DNA of 40,460 nt, taken from contig JAXMOL010000065.1 of NCBI GenBank assembly GCA_034669905.1, positions 1-40,460 on the forward strand, read 5' to 3'. A model generated the notes under the pieces. That model worked only from the letters and a program-made list of their open reading frames with translations, searched no databases and had not been told where the DNA came from. A program made the translations under genes and the position numbers. The stretch comes from Candidatus Hydrogenedentota bacterium. GTDB taxonomy: Bacteria; Hydrogenedentota; Hydrogenedentia; Hydrogenedentales; JAEUWI01. Below, piece by piece: positions 17,909 to 27,816 of this stretch (its first letter is position 1; every line of letters begins with the position of its first letter).

Positions 17909-18134
17909 GTGCGTTCACCTTTCTTGGGTTGTTTTCGGACCAAGCCCGGTCCGAATTTTAAAAAGTGTAAAAAGTAGTTACCTATAATATAGCAACCATA
18001 GCAAATAATTATGGGGGAAGCAAGTGGGTGGAGCAGGGTGTTTCGGGGGCTGCACCGACGCAAAGAGCCCGCCGGATACCTTGTTTTCGGGTTCGCGGCC
18101 CAATTCCGGGGAAGGCCTGTGAAAAAAGACGACT

Positions 18135-18279
18135 CCCTGGAGTGCGGCAGCTTGCTGCCGCTTTTCCCCGGGGAGCTTACTCCCCACCGCTGGGCGCACG
18201 TCGCACCGTCGCCCACTGACCTTTGCCGTGAGCAAGCTCACTCCGCAAGAGCGCAAGCAAGCTTACGCACTCCAAAGGG
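18135..18279. repeat. REP-like inverted element (GGAGTGCGGCAGCTTGCTGCCGC family)
   Basis: Arms ccctggagtgcggcagcttgct and agcaagcttacgcactccaaaggg; related copies at 30695-30935. Confidence 0.8.
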
Positions 18280-18396
18280 TTCACTAATTTAGTGGGGGCA
18301 GAGGGTGGCCTTGGGGGCAATTTAAGGAGTGGAATGAAGGCAAGGGCGCTCGCTCTGTGGCCGTGGCACCCCAGGTGTTTTATTGCATGGGAGCCT

Positions 18397-20061
18397 TCAC
18401 GTCGCGGTCTTCTGTAGCTGGGCCAGGATCCGTTGTTCCCGGACCATGAGGAGGTCGCCTGCCTGACGGAGGGCGAAGGGATAAATAAAGGCCGTCAGCG
18501 CCAGGAATGCCAGGGAGAGCAGGGGGCCCACGGGATAGTCCACGATGCCCCAGCGGCTGAAGAATCCGGCGACAAAAAGGCAGAGGGCCGTGGGCAATAC
18601 GAGTACGGCGATGATGACGGGCATGATAAGGGCCACGATTAAGACGCGGGCATGCTGTTTCCGCATCATGTTGCGGCCAATGGTCATGGGCGCGAGGATG
18701 GAGACGAAACTTCCGGCGAGGCAGAAATTGAGGAAGAGCTGGGCGATCTGGAGCACGCTCACGATGGCCGTTTCCAGACTGAGACTGAAATACCAACTGC
18801 CGAACAGGGAGAAGGCCAGTCCCATCCCCCCGGCGAGGGGCACAAGGGCCAGGTGGTAGGCCATGAGAATGCGGTGGCGGGGCGTGGGCAGGAGGATGAG
18901 GGTGCGAAAGCCCCGCTGGTCCATGCCGAAGAGGTTGAAGAAAATCCCGCTGAACATGAAGAAGGGCCAGAGAATCGCCACCACCGGGAGTCCGAGATCC
19001 TGGCCATAGATCACCGAGCGGCTGTTGGCCACGGCGAGCAGGATGATGAGCCCGATGGGGGCGAGGAGCATGGTGCGTACCTGGGGGTGGCGCGCGAAAT
19101 TCAGGAAGAGGGCCTGTGCGAGGGCCGTGGTCTCCGGGTTGAGCAGGGGGATGACGCGGGCGGTCAGGGGACGGCGTGGGGGGCGCGCTGGTCCTTTCTG
19201 GTGCTTGCGCTCGGACGCCGTGCCGAAGCCATAGGCCACGGTGGTGCGATAGCCGAGGAAATAGCCCAGGGCACCGAAAAGGGCCAGGCCCAGGAGGGGC
19301 GTCCAATAGGGCCCCGTGCCCGTGAGCACCCGGGTCATGGCCAGAGCGAGCCAGCCGCCGGGGTGGAAACAGGAGCTCTGCGCTACCCACGTCATTTGCT
19401 CTGGACTGCTGAACCACCCCGCCAGGCTGTCGACATGGGCACGGTCGAGGAAGTAGTTGCTGATAATCATGGGCATGAAACCGATGCTCATGAAAAAGAG
19501 GGGCAGGACCGTTAAGAGCAGACGGCGCCGCCGCTTATCTTCCATCCAGACGACCAGCAGTCCCCGGAGGTAGTAGGCCCAGGCGGAGGAGAGAAAGAAG
19601 AAGGTCGAAGCGGCCAGGAGTCCCCGGAGGATACCCTGACCGGCGTGGAAGTATATTCCCGTCAAGAGGCCGAGGGAGGCGGCGATGTAAAAGAGGGAGG
19701 TAAAGCCCACGAGCGACACGACAAAGTTGATGGCGTTTACGATGGACAGGGGCACCGGAAAGTGGATCATCTTGCGAATGTCGATCACGTCGGAGCGTTG
19801 CACCTCCATGACGAGTCCCCAGAACCAGCCCACGCCATAGACCACCACGACGCCGTTGAGGGCGAGGAGGGCCATGAGCCGGGGTTGCTCGGGGAGCCAC
19901 AGGGCACCAAAGAGGTAAAAGACCCACGCAAGGGCCGCCGCCGCCACGCACGCCGCCATCACGACAAAGCCCATGAGGAAATAGGCGATGAGCTTGCCCT
20001 GGGTAACCGCGTGGCGCACCAGATGAAACTGGAGGATAAAGAGGGCCTGGATATAGGCCAT
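18397..20061 (-). CDS. ABC exporter permease (multi-TM)
   Basis: Many TM segments; NLFGMD motif; TAATG overlap with the upstream ATPase gene. Confidence 0.85.
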   Translation of the reverse strand: MAYIQALFILQFHLVRHAVTQGKLIAYFLMGFVVMAACVAAAALAWVFYLFGALWLPEQPRLMALLALNGVVVVYGVGWFWGLVMEVQRSDVIDIRKMIHFPVPLSIVNAINFVVSLVGFTSLFYIAASLGLLTGIYFHAGQGILRGLLAASTFFFLSSAWAYYLRGLLVVWMEDKRRRRLLLTVLPLFFMSIGFMPMIISNYFLDRAHVDSLAGWFSSPEQMTWVAQSSCFHPGGWLALAMTRVLTGTGPYWTPLLGLALFGALGYFLGYRTTVAYGFGTASERKHQKGPARPPRRPLTARVIPLLNPETTALAQALFLNFARHPQVRTMLLAPIGLIILLAVANSRSVIYGQDLGLPVVAILWPFFMFSGIFFNLFGMDQRGFRTLILLPTPRHRILMAYHLALVPLAGGMGLAFSLFGSWYFSLSLETAIVSVLQIAQLFLNFCLAGSFVSILAPMTIGRNMMRKQHARVLIVALIMPVIIAVLVLPTALCLFVAGFFSRWGIVDYPVGPLLSLAFLALTAFIYPFALRQAGDLLMVREQRILAQLQKTAT

Positions 20062-20825
20062 TAGACCGCCCGCCCGCCGAGCCACGAAAGACCCGCGGTA
20101 TCGGTTTGTCCCTTGCCCACGATATGCACAAAACGGTTTTCGAGGGAATCCCCTTCCGCCACCTCGGCGATGGGGCCCTGGGCAATGAGTTCGCCCTGGT
20201 GGATAATGCCCACATGGGTGCAGAGCTGCTCCACAATCGTGAGGATGTGGGACGTAAGAAAGATGGTGCGCCCCTGGGCGGTCATCTGTTGGAGGACCTC
20301 CTTGATAGTGCGCGACGCGACGGCATCGATGCCTTCGAAGGGTTCATCAAGAAAGAGGAGGTCGGGGTCATGAATGAGGGCCGCCGCCAGGGAAATCTTC
20401 TTCTTCATGCCATGGGAGTATTCGAGGATGAGGGTCTTCCGCGCATCCGTCAGGCCCAGGAGTTCCAGGAGCTCCTCCGTACGGCGGAGGGAGACGGTCG
20501 CCGGGAGCTTATACATGCGCCCCACGAAGGCCAGGTATTCCCGGGCGGTGAGATTTTCAAAGAGGCAGAGGTCTTCCGGCACCACGCCGATGCGCCGTTT
20601 GATTTGGAGGGGCTGGCGGGTCAATGGGATGCCCAGCAGCCGCGCCTCGCCCGATGTGGGGGGCACGATGCCCGTCAGCATCTTGATGGTCGTCGACTTT
20701 CCCGCGCCATTGGGACCGAGGAAGCCATAAAAGCAGCCTTTTTCCACCCGGAGGTCGAGGCCCTTCACGGCGATGACTTCCTCGTAGGTCTTATTGAGGC
20801 CATAGGTTTCGATGCTGTATTCCAT
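20061..20825 (-). CDS. ABC transporter ATP-binding protein
   Basis: GPNGAGKST, YSHGMKK, LLFLDEP and TSH motifs. Confidence 0.95.
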   Translation of the reverse strand: MEYSIETYGLNKTYEEVIAVKGLDLRVEKGCFYGFLGPNGAGKSTTIKMLTGIVPPTSGEARLLGIPLTRQPLQIKRRIGVVPEDLCLFENLTAREYLAFVGRMYKLPATVSLRRTEELLELLGLTDARKTLILEYSHGMKKKISLAAALIHDPDLLFLDEPFEGIDAVASRTIKEVLQQMTAQGRTIFLTSHILTIVEQLCTHVGIIHQGELIAQGPIAEVAEGDSLENRFVHIVGKGQTDTAGLSWLGGRAV

Positions 20826-21242
20826 GCTTGCTCCCTTGGGGCGATGCGCCCGGACCGTGGCGTGGGGTCATCATAGCAAAGGTGGGGTCTGGGGGCGAAG
20901 GTGGGGGCGGGGTGTCGAATCTAAGCGGGTCTACTCGATAAATAGATTCCTTGAAATCAGATTCCAATATCGAAGGCTCGGTGATTCCAACCCCTCGCAC
21001 GTTTCACGTGTTTAGGTGGCCAATAAGCGAATGGTGGGCCGAAATACTCCACCTGCAATGGACTGAACGGATGGAAATTTAGAGTCCGCGAATCCCGGCC
21101 ACGTAGTGTTTGTGGAGACTCAACATATGTTCAGGTGCGACTTCGTATCCCTATTTGCTGCTTGTTACGATACATTGGGTCTGCTAACATCAATGTACCT
21201 TAGTGTATAAGCGGCGGAAATAATCGAGAAAAGGGGAGCCTC

Positions 21243-23282
21243 ATGAAATGCTTCGCACCTAAACTTCCTGTCATGCTTTTGTTGACGGTCCTACAGCCCC
21301 TCTCGGCCTTCGCACAGCCTTATTCGAGTACGCCGCCCGAGTTGGTCTCTATCGGGGAGCTCAAGAAGCAGTTGATTGCGGCGTTGGAGAATGCGCCGGG
21401 AGATGCGATGGCCCTCTACCGGCTGGGGCAGCTCCATTGCTTCGCCTATGCCTACGACAGGAAGTATTTTCCTGACTTCACGCAGGCGGCCGATCTGAGC
21501 TCCGCCAGGGACCTCCACGAACTGCCGGGCATTCCCCGCCATACGGCCTCCCTATTGCTTCCCCTGCCGCAGCGACGGCTCAATCATCTGGCCGATGCCA
21601 TTATTGCACTTCGAGAATGCGTGGAAATAGCGCCGGAACACGCCGGAGCCCGATTGGCCCTGGGCTATGCGTATGGGGAAGCCGCCAAGCGCTGCGATAC
21701 GGGAAAGTGGCTTCACAAGCGCGTGCCCTATGATGAGAATGCCGCAAAACAATTGGGGGAGAGAGTTTATTGGGAGAACCTGGCGTTGGAACAGTTTCGG
21801 GTAGTGCGCCGTCTTGAAGCGGCCCTTCAGCAACAAGGAAATCAAGGAGCTTCCGACGGGCATCCAAGAAGACGCTATACGGTATCCGCCGCCGACCAGG
21901 CCATTTTCCAAATACTCTGCGAACGCGAACCGTTAAACTCCGAGGAGTTGGCGGAACTTGAAGAACTTACACCAACGTCACGTACCGCCGACGTCGTAGT
22001 TCCGCCCAAGACACTTGCCGAGATGGAAGCGGCGTACCCCCAGCCAATGCCAAGCCAAAATGCGGCGCAGTACTACTTGCATGCGGCCGATGCCGAGGCG
22101 AATCAGATTGCCGGAGGCGAATATCCCCTTCCCTTTGTCGGAAGCCTGGAACTGAACATGCCCCCACAACCGTTCTCCGAAACCACGCGGGCGCTGATGG
22201 AGCGGTATCTACGCTACAACGAAGAATCCCTGCGCCTGATCCATGAGGCAGCGTCCTTTCCTCAATCCCGTTATCCCATTGATTTGAGTTTGGGATACGA
22301 CGTGGAGTTGGATCATCTGGCGCGGCTCCGCCATCTAACGCGCCTTTCGGCTCTCCAGGCACTTTACGCGGCGGACACTCAAAACGCTCCCGGAGCTACC
22401 GAGGCGCTGTTGGATTCGTTGGCCATTGGCCAATCCCTAATCAAGGAACCGGTGCTGATCTCTCAATTGGTACGCCGGGCATGTGGCGTCATCGCACTCG
22501 ACGCCATGGAACAGGCGCTCAGTCGGACGATACTGTCCGAATCAGAACTCGGTCAATTACAGGCTGCCGTGGCCCAATTGGATGATATGCGCAGCATCAT
22601 CGTAGGGCTGGAGGGTGAGAATTGGATAAGCGAATTCGTGCTCGCACCCTTCAAAATGGAAGAGGCCCTCAAACAACAGGCGGAGCGAAGGGGAATCTAT
22701 CAGCCTGGTTTCGGTGACGTACCCATTCCTCAACCCGATGTGCCAGGTGAAGATATGGAAACGCAAGAAGAAAGATTTCGGGCTTTCTATGAAATCAGAA
22801 GAGCGCAATTTCAGGATATGAACAAGAAACGCTTGACCCGTTCGGACAACTACCTCGCCCATGCGCGTCTGGGTGTCGAAGCCCTTCAAGAACTCGTCAA
22901 ACTTCCAGCAGACTTTGATCCCCAGAATCCTGCGGCTTCCCTTGAGCGGTACGAAGACAAAGAGGATCCCGCGCCAGCCGTGCGCCGCTCGATCACGGCA
23001 TTCGTCCGCTATACGACGCGCTTGCGGGTCACCCAGTCAGCACTGGCCGCGCAACGCTTCGAGCGACTGAACGGAGAGTGGCCCATCACCCTGGACATCC
23101 TCGTGCCCGATTACTTGCCGGCAGCATCGCTCATCGATCCCTACACGGGGGAGTCGTTGAAGTCCCTACTGACCGAAGACCGCTATGTGGTCTATAGCGT
23201 GGCCGATGCCATGGTCAATGAGCGGGCACGGATGGATGGCCGTGAGGGCCCCAGTGGGATAAGCTTCACGGTGGCGTGGTAA
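21243..23282 (+). CDS. Exported hypothetical protein with TPR-like N-terminus and pseudopilin-like C-terminal motif
   Basis: Signal peptide; TPR-like helices (ALYRLGQLH, ARLALGYAY); C-terminal GEWPITLDILVPDYLP...DPYTG; GGGGAG RBS. Confidence 0.8.
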   Translation: MKCFAPKLPVMLLLTVLQPLSAFAQPYSSTPPELVSIGELKKQLIAALENAPGDAMALYRLGQLHCFAYAYDRKYFPDFTQAADLSSARDLHELPGIPRHTASLLLPLPQRRLNHLADAIIALRECVEIAPEHAGARLALGYAYGEAAKRCDTGKWLHKRVPYDENAAKQLGERVYWENLALEQFRVVRRLEAALQQQGNQGASDGHPRRRYTVSAADQAIFQILCEREPLNSEELAELEELTPTSRTADVVVPPKTLAEMEAAYPQPMPSQNAAQYYLHAADAEANQIAGGEYPLPFVGSLELNMPPQPFSETTRALMERYLRYNEESLRLIHEAASFPQSRYPIDLSLGYDVELDHLARLRHLTRLSALQALYAADTQNAPGATEALLDSLAIGQSLIKEPVLISQLVRRACGVIALDAMEQALSRTILSESELGQLQAAVAQLDDMRSIIVGLEGENWISEFVLAPFKMEEALKQQAERRGIYQPGFGDVPIPQPDVPGEDMETQEERFRAFYEIRRAQFQDMNKKRLTRSDNYLAHARLGVEALQELVKLPADFDPQNPAASLERYEDKEDPAPAVRRSITAFVRYTTRLRVTQSALAAQRFERLNGEWPITLDILVPDYLPAASLIDPYTGESLKSLLTEDRYVVYSVADAMVNERARMDGREGPSGISFTVAW

Positions 23283-23361
23283 GCGCGCCTGAACTCTTGA
23301 TTACACTAAACGGTCCATTTAGAAACACCGGCTTCCCTAGCCGCTATGTCGGAGGTGCCAC

Positions 23362-23412
23362 ATGGACATTGAAACAAAACTGCTGGATTCGATACGTGTG
23401 CTCCCGCCAGAG
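23362..23412 (+). pseudogene. Probable 5' remnant of a DUF2281-like small gene, cut off by a repeat arm
   Basis: GGAGGT RBS then MDIETKLLDSIRVLPPE, followed within about 10 nt by the repeat arm gagcatgggaacgag. Confidence 0.4.
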
Positions 23413-23542
23413 TGCCTCGCCGAGCATGGGAACGAGAAAGAATTTTCCCACAGGTTCAAGCAAGCGCAACTGGCCGCGATTCTAATCCACACCACCAGCA
23501 GCCCGTTGCAGAAGGCGCGTGAAGACCTTTTACAGCCGGTGG

Positions 23543-24763
23543 TCAGCCCCCCTGAACTTCATAGAGAACGTTTTCGCCATCCCAGAACAGATAGAGTACA
23601 CCGGCGTCTGCGATAGTGAGCCGCTCGTTGTGCTTGCTTCGGGGATCGTCGTAGGGAGCCTCCCGACCAACGTACGGATAGGGGGCCTCCAGTTCGGCCC
23701 AATCCGTACACAGTTGCCCGATGAAGGCCGGGCCATCGGCTTCTCCAAAACGTCGTCCCCACTCGGAAGTGGAAGCCCCCTGTTCCCACGCGGGGATTCC
23801 ACCAATCTTCGAGGCCTTCACGATCGCAGGCGGACAGCCCCTCGGGTTGCCATGTTTGTCGGCCCATTTTGTGGTGTAGGCGTCGAAGAGGTCTTGGTGG
23901 TCCGAGTAACGCAGTCGCTTTCCGTGGAGCGGACTCAGGTAAAAGGGCACATCGGGTGCGTGTTCGCGCGCAATCACGTCGCCCGGGGCCACCTGTGATG
24001 TATCTACAAACAGAAAGGCAAACTCGTCGGACAGGCTGTACTTTATGGGCCCGTCCTGGTCGGGCTTTGGCACCTGTTCCATACCACGTTTGGCGCGAAT
24101 TCTGCTCTCGATCTCCCACCTTGTGCTGGCCTCCGAAAACACCAACAGTAAATCGCCGGGCAGCGAAGGCAGACAATCTTTAGAATCCGCGAGATTGAAT
24201 TGGGCCACGAAAGACTGTGGTCGACCTTCGCCGGTTACGGGCCAAGCCACGTCACGGGGGAGATAGGGTAGCCCGCCAATCTTGGTGCCTGCGGGATTCG
24301 CCGGCTCATCTACGGCCCACACGTAGACGTCGGTCGGGATGCCGGACGTCGGGTCCAGGTCTGGCCAGAGATGTTTCCGAATCAGGTCAGTGAACACCAT
24401 CGACTCGGGGCCCGTGACACCAATTCGGTAGAGCGGCTCCTCTTTCTTTGGTTTCGGCCCATCACCCAACGCAGTTTTTATTTTGCTTAGGAGAGCGGAG
24501 GGTTTCATCTCAAAATCGCTGCAACCGCGCATGACCGAATAGCGATTCTTGGGGTGGGAATAGAACTCGGACCAGTGGTCAATATCGAAAAGGGTGTTGG
24601 TTGCCATAAGTTTGTCTCCGAGAATAACACATACGCCTGAATCGAATTGGTGGGTCATTGTTTTGAATGAGCGAAGATAGACTTCGAACGATTCTAAGTG
24701 GAGAAATTTCAATGTGTTACGTTTTTCCACCAAAACAGCAACGAACTTAAAAAGATTTCTCAT
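23543..24763 (-). CDS. DUF1963 (YwqG-like) domain protein
   Basis: TKIGGLPYLP...WP...FVAQFNLAD, SKIGGIPAWEQ and IADAGVLYLF motifs; start uncertain. Confidence 0.8.
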   Translation of the reverse strand: MRNLFKFVAVLVEKRNTLKFLHLESFEVYLRSFKTMTHQFDSGVCVILGDKLMATNTLFDIDHWSEFYSHPKNRYSVMRGCSDFEMKPSALLSKIKTALGDGPKPKKEEPLYRIGVTGPESMVFTDLIRKHLWPDLDPTSGIPTDVYVWAVDEPANPAGTKIGGLPYLPRDVAWPVTGEGRPQSFVAQFNLADSKDCLPSLPGDLLLVFSEASTRWEIESRIRAKRGMEQVPKPDQDGPIKYSLSDEFAFLFVDTSQVAPGDVIAREHAPDVPFYLSPLHGKRLRYSDHQDLFDAYTTKWADKHGNPRGCPPAIVKASKIGGIPAWEQGASTSEWGRRFGEADGPAFIGQLCTDWAELEAPYPYVGREAPYDDPRSKHNERLTIADAGVLYLFWDGENVLYEVQGG

Positions 24764-24814
24764 GACCAGTTTATCGGTTCGTTTGACGGAATGCGAGTTG
24801 GCCGAGAGTAATTA

Positions 24815-24967
24815 CTCGTTCCCATGCTCTGCGTGGGAATGTCTTTTCCTGCGCTCCGCGTAGGGGGCAAGGGGGTGCCGTAGAGGTTGGGGAGTCCGCC
24901 GGATCCATCGTGGTCTGTCGACGCGGAGCGTCGGAATCTGCATTCCCATGCGGAGCATGGGAACGAG
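24815..24967. repeat. REP/MITE-like inverted element of about 153 bp
   Basis: ctcgttcccatgctctgcgtgggaatg and cattcccatgcggagcatgggaacgag match at 25/27; inner pair gctccgcgt / acgcggagc. Confidence 0.9.
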
Positions 24968-25055
24968 AAGAATAGCTTCTCGTCGCGTGTGGGACGTGTG
25001 GGACGTGGCACCCGTGGAACGTGTCAGACCTGCGGCTGTCGCAGGGCAGGCCCTT

Positions 25056-25095
25056 CAATCTCCATTCTCAATTCTCCATTCTACATTCTAAATTC
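25056..25095. repeat. Degenerate heptamer tandem repeat
   Basis: cattctc aattctc cattcta cattcta aattc. Confidence 0.6.
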
Positions 25096-25198
25096 CCATA
25101 TGTTATTCTAGCGGCGCTGCGTTTTCTCCTTGCCTTTCGGGGTGGCGGAGAGAACGCCCTTTGCAACACCCTCCCAACACGGCTGGAGAAAGACCACT

Positions 25199-26224
25199 AT
25201 GTTTGCCAACAGAGAACAGAAAGTTGCCGCGCGACCCCAGGAGGCCCTGAATGTGGCCATCATCGGGTGCAGCGGTATGGGACGTATCCATGCGGAGATG
25301 GCGGCCAATTGTGGCCTGAACATCGCCATCTGCGCGGACAAATCGAAGAAGGCTGCCTCGGAGCTGGCGGCGAAGTATGGTGCCAAGGCCATGACCGATG
25401 GCCTGAAGGCGGCGGCGCATAAGGACATTGATTGCATCCTCATTGCGACGCCTACGCCGACCCACCTGATGTTCGTCGAAGCGGCGTCCAAGGCGGGCAA
25501 GCACATCTTCTGCGAAAAACCCCTCGCCCGCACGACGGCGGATTGTAAGAAGGCCATCGCCGCGGCGAAGAAGGGCAAGGTGAAACTTTTCGTCGGCCAC
25601 GTGGTGCGTTACTTCCACGAGTTCGAAGGGATGAAGGCCCAGATCGACGCCGGTAAAGTCGGCGAGCCGGGCTATGTGAAAATCTACCGCGGGGGCATGT
25701 TCCCCGGTGGGCCCAAGGGTTGGTTTGCCAACTACGACATGAGCGGCGGCGTGACCTTTGACTGCGCCATCCACGATATGGACTGGGTCCGCTATGTGTT
25801 CGGCGAGCCCGAGCGTATTTTCTGCCAGGCGCTGCTGAAGAATGAGCCGGTTCCCATGGATTATTCGCAGAGCAACATCCGCCTGAAGAATGGCATGATT
25901 GCCACCATCATCGGCACGTGGGCCCACCCGAGTGGTTTCCAGGTCAAGGCGGAAATCTGCGGCGATGGCGGCATGATCCAATACGACAGCAAAGAGGCCC
26001 CCATCAGCACCATGGTGCGCGATACGGGCGATGGTCCGAGCATGATGGTGCCGGCGAGTCCAGTGGCCGAGAGTCCCTATCAACGGGAGTGGGAAGACTT
26101 TGTGGCCTGGGTGCATGACGACAAGCACCAACCGCGGGTTACGGCCAATGATGCGCTCATCGCGGTAAAGATGGCCGAAGGCGCCCTGAAATCCTCCGCA
26201 ACCGGCAAGCCGGTCAAGCTCTAA
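25199..26224 (+). CDS. Gfo/Idh/MocA family oxidoreductase
   Basis: IIGCSGMG, ATPTPTH, CEKP and DCAIHDMD motifs; GGAG RBS. Confidence 0.93.
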   Translation: MFANREQKVAARPQEALNVAIIGCSGMGRIHAEMAANCGLNIAICADKSKKAASELAAKYGAKAMTDGLKAAAHKDIDCILIATPTPTHLMFVEAASKAGKHIFCEKPLARTTADCKKAIAAAKKGKVKLFVGHVVRYFHEFEGMKAQIDAGKVGEPGYVKIYRGGMFPGGPKGWFANYDMSGGVTFDCAIHDMDWVRYVFGEPERIFCQALLKNEPVPMDYSQSNIRLKNGMIATIIGTWAHPSGFQVKAEICGDGGMIQYDSKEAPISTMVRDTGDGPSMMVPASPVAESPYQREWEDFVAWVHDDKHQPRVTANDALIAVKMAEGALKSSATGKPVKL

Positions 26225-26259
26225 ACGCTTCGTGGCGAATTGGTAAATGGGAAAAATTG

Positions 26260-26434
26260 AACCACGAATGGACACGAATTTACACGAATATCGGGCTACC
26301 GAAATTTGTGCCGTGGATTTGGGATGCTGGTAGCCACGAAGTGGCGGCATATCGTAGCCCAGGGTGAAGCGAGGTACGAGCGAAACCCTGGGTCAGTCAG
26401 CCGCCCTCGCGTTGAACCCCCGAAGGGGGTGACA
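26260..26434. repeat. Intergenic repeat cluster (10-mer repeats plus a multi-hairpin REP-like element)
   Basis: cacgaat three times at 10-nt spacing; hairpins gccac-gaa-gtggc, cccagggt...accctggg and cccc-gaa-gggg. Confidence 0.65.
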
Positions 26435-26500
26435 CCCGTGCAGTTCGTGAACGACTTGCAAACAATCGTGGCTATGCCACGTTAAGGAAGGCAGATCACT

Positions 26501-27484
26501 ATGGCTAAGATTGGAATACTTAGTTTCGCCCACATGCACGCCCAGAGTTATGCGGCGTGCCTCAATGCCCTGCCCAATGCCGAGTTGGCGGGTATCTGGG
26601 ATGACAACCCCAAGCGGGGGAAGGCGATGGCGAAGGACTTCGGAACGAAGTTCACCGCCAAGCTGGATAAGTTCCTCGCGGGGGATATGAACGGCGTCAT
26701 CGTTTGCGCCGAGAACGTCAAACACCGGGAGCTCGTCGAAGCGGCGGCAAAGGCAGGGAAGTGGATTCTCTGTGAAAAACCCCTCGCCCCCACGGTGAAA
26801 GAATCGAAAGAAATGATCGCGATTTGTAAGAAGGCCGGTGTCGGACTCGGCACGGCCTTCCCCTGTCGCTTTGCGCCTACGCTCATGGATGCCCGGGCCC
26901 AGATTCAGTCGGGTGCCTTTGGCGAAATCCTGGCCATCGCCTGCACCAACCACGGACAGTGTCCCTTCGACTGGTTTGTGGACGAGAAGCTTTCCGGTGG
27001 CGGCGCGACCATGGACCACACGGTCCACGTGGCCGATGCCCTGCGCTGGATCATGGAAAAGGAGTTCACCAAGGTCTACTGTGAGAAGGGCAACCTGCTC
27101 CACAAGAAGACCATGAAGACCGACGACCTGGGTATGCTCAACCTCGAAATGGAGGGGGGCATCCAGGTTTCCCACATCGCGAGCTGGAGCCGGGCCAAGT
27201 CCTACCCCACCTGGGGGGACGTGACCATGGAGTTCATCGGAACGGGGGGCGTGCTGAATGTGGATGCCTTCAACCAGAAGGTCAACGTCTACAACGATGA
27301 GACCATGCGCACCGAGTGGGCCCCCTACGGCGATAACCCGGATCTGGGTTTGGTGAGTGACTTCGTCAACGCCTGCGACGAACGCATCGCACCGAGCGTG
27401 ACGGGTGAAGACGGCCTCCGTGCCACGGAAGTCACCGTGGCCGCCCATAAGTCGGCTGATTCCAAGCGGATGGTGAAGATCTAG
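26501..27484 (+). CDS. Gfo/Idh/MocA family oxidoreductase
   Basis: CEKP, GGGATMDHTVHVAD and VTGEDG motifs; AAGGAAGG RBS. Confidence 0.93.
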   Translation: MAKIGILSFAHMHAQSYAACLNALPNAELAGIWDDNPKRGKAMAKDFGTKFTAKLDKFLAGDMNGVIVCAENVKHRELVEAAAKAGKWILCEKPLAPTVKESKEMIAICKKAGVGLGTAFPCRFAPTLMDARAQIQSGAFGEILAIACTNHGQCPFDWFVDEKLSGGGATMDHTVHVADALRWIMEKEFTKVYCEKGNLLHKKTMKTDDLGMLNLEMEGGIQVSHIASWSRAKSYPTWGDVTMEFIGTGGVLNVDAFNQKVNVYNDETMRTEWAPYGDNPDLGLVSDFVNACDERIAPSVTGEDGLRATEVTVAAHKSADSKRMVKI

Positions 27485-27514
27485 TCGGACGACGACAACA
27501 GTAAGCGAACGCAT

Positions 27515-27549
27515 AACCGCCGGTCCTGTGATGGGGCTGGCGGTTTTTT
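27515..27549 (+). terminator. Rho-independent terminator
   Basis: aaccgccggtcc / gggctggcggtt stem followed by a T-run. Confidence 0.8.
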
Positions 27550-27707
27550 GTGCTATGTTGGCGCAGAGCGCGGCGTATCGCTTCAATCCACGAACCGCAA
27601 CGACTATTTACTTAATTCATACTATTCTAATTATAAACAAAACCGGTCTGTTTTGGAACGAAAATTCGATATCGGATGGAGATCAGGTCCGCTTTCAGGT
27701 CTGAACC

Positions 27708-27772
27708 TGAAATAAGAGTTTTTATATTTCAAGTTAGGGCACTAGATTGAAATAAGATTTTGCATATTTCAA
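27708..27772. promoter_or_regulatory. Two palindromic operator-like sites TGAAATA-N10-TATTTCA with 40-bp period
   Basis: tgaaataagagtttttatatttca (27708-27731) and tgaaataagattttgcatatttca (27748-27771), each followed by agtt. Confidence 0.55.
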
Positions 27773-27816
27773 GTTGGACGACTGAAACTGGTCATCATAC
27801 CGTTGCGCCACTCCCG

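Noticed and set aside
17670..17918. 82-aa minus-strand ORF in the track
   Set aside because: It runs through hairpins and overlaps, out of frame, the better-supported 43-aa gene
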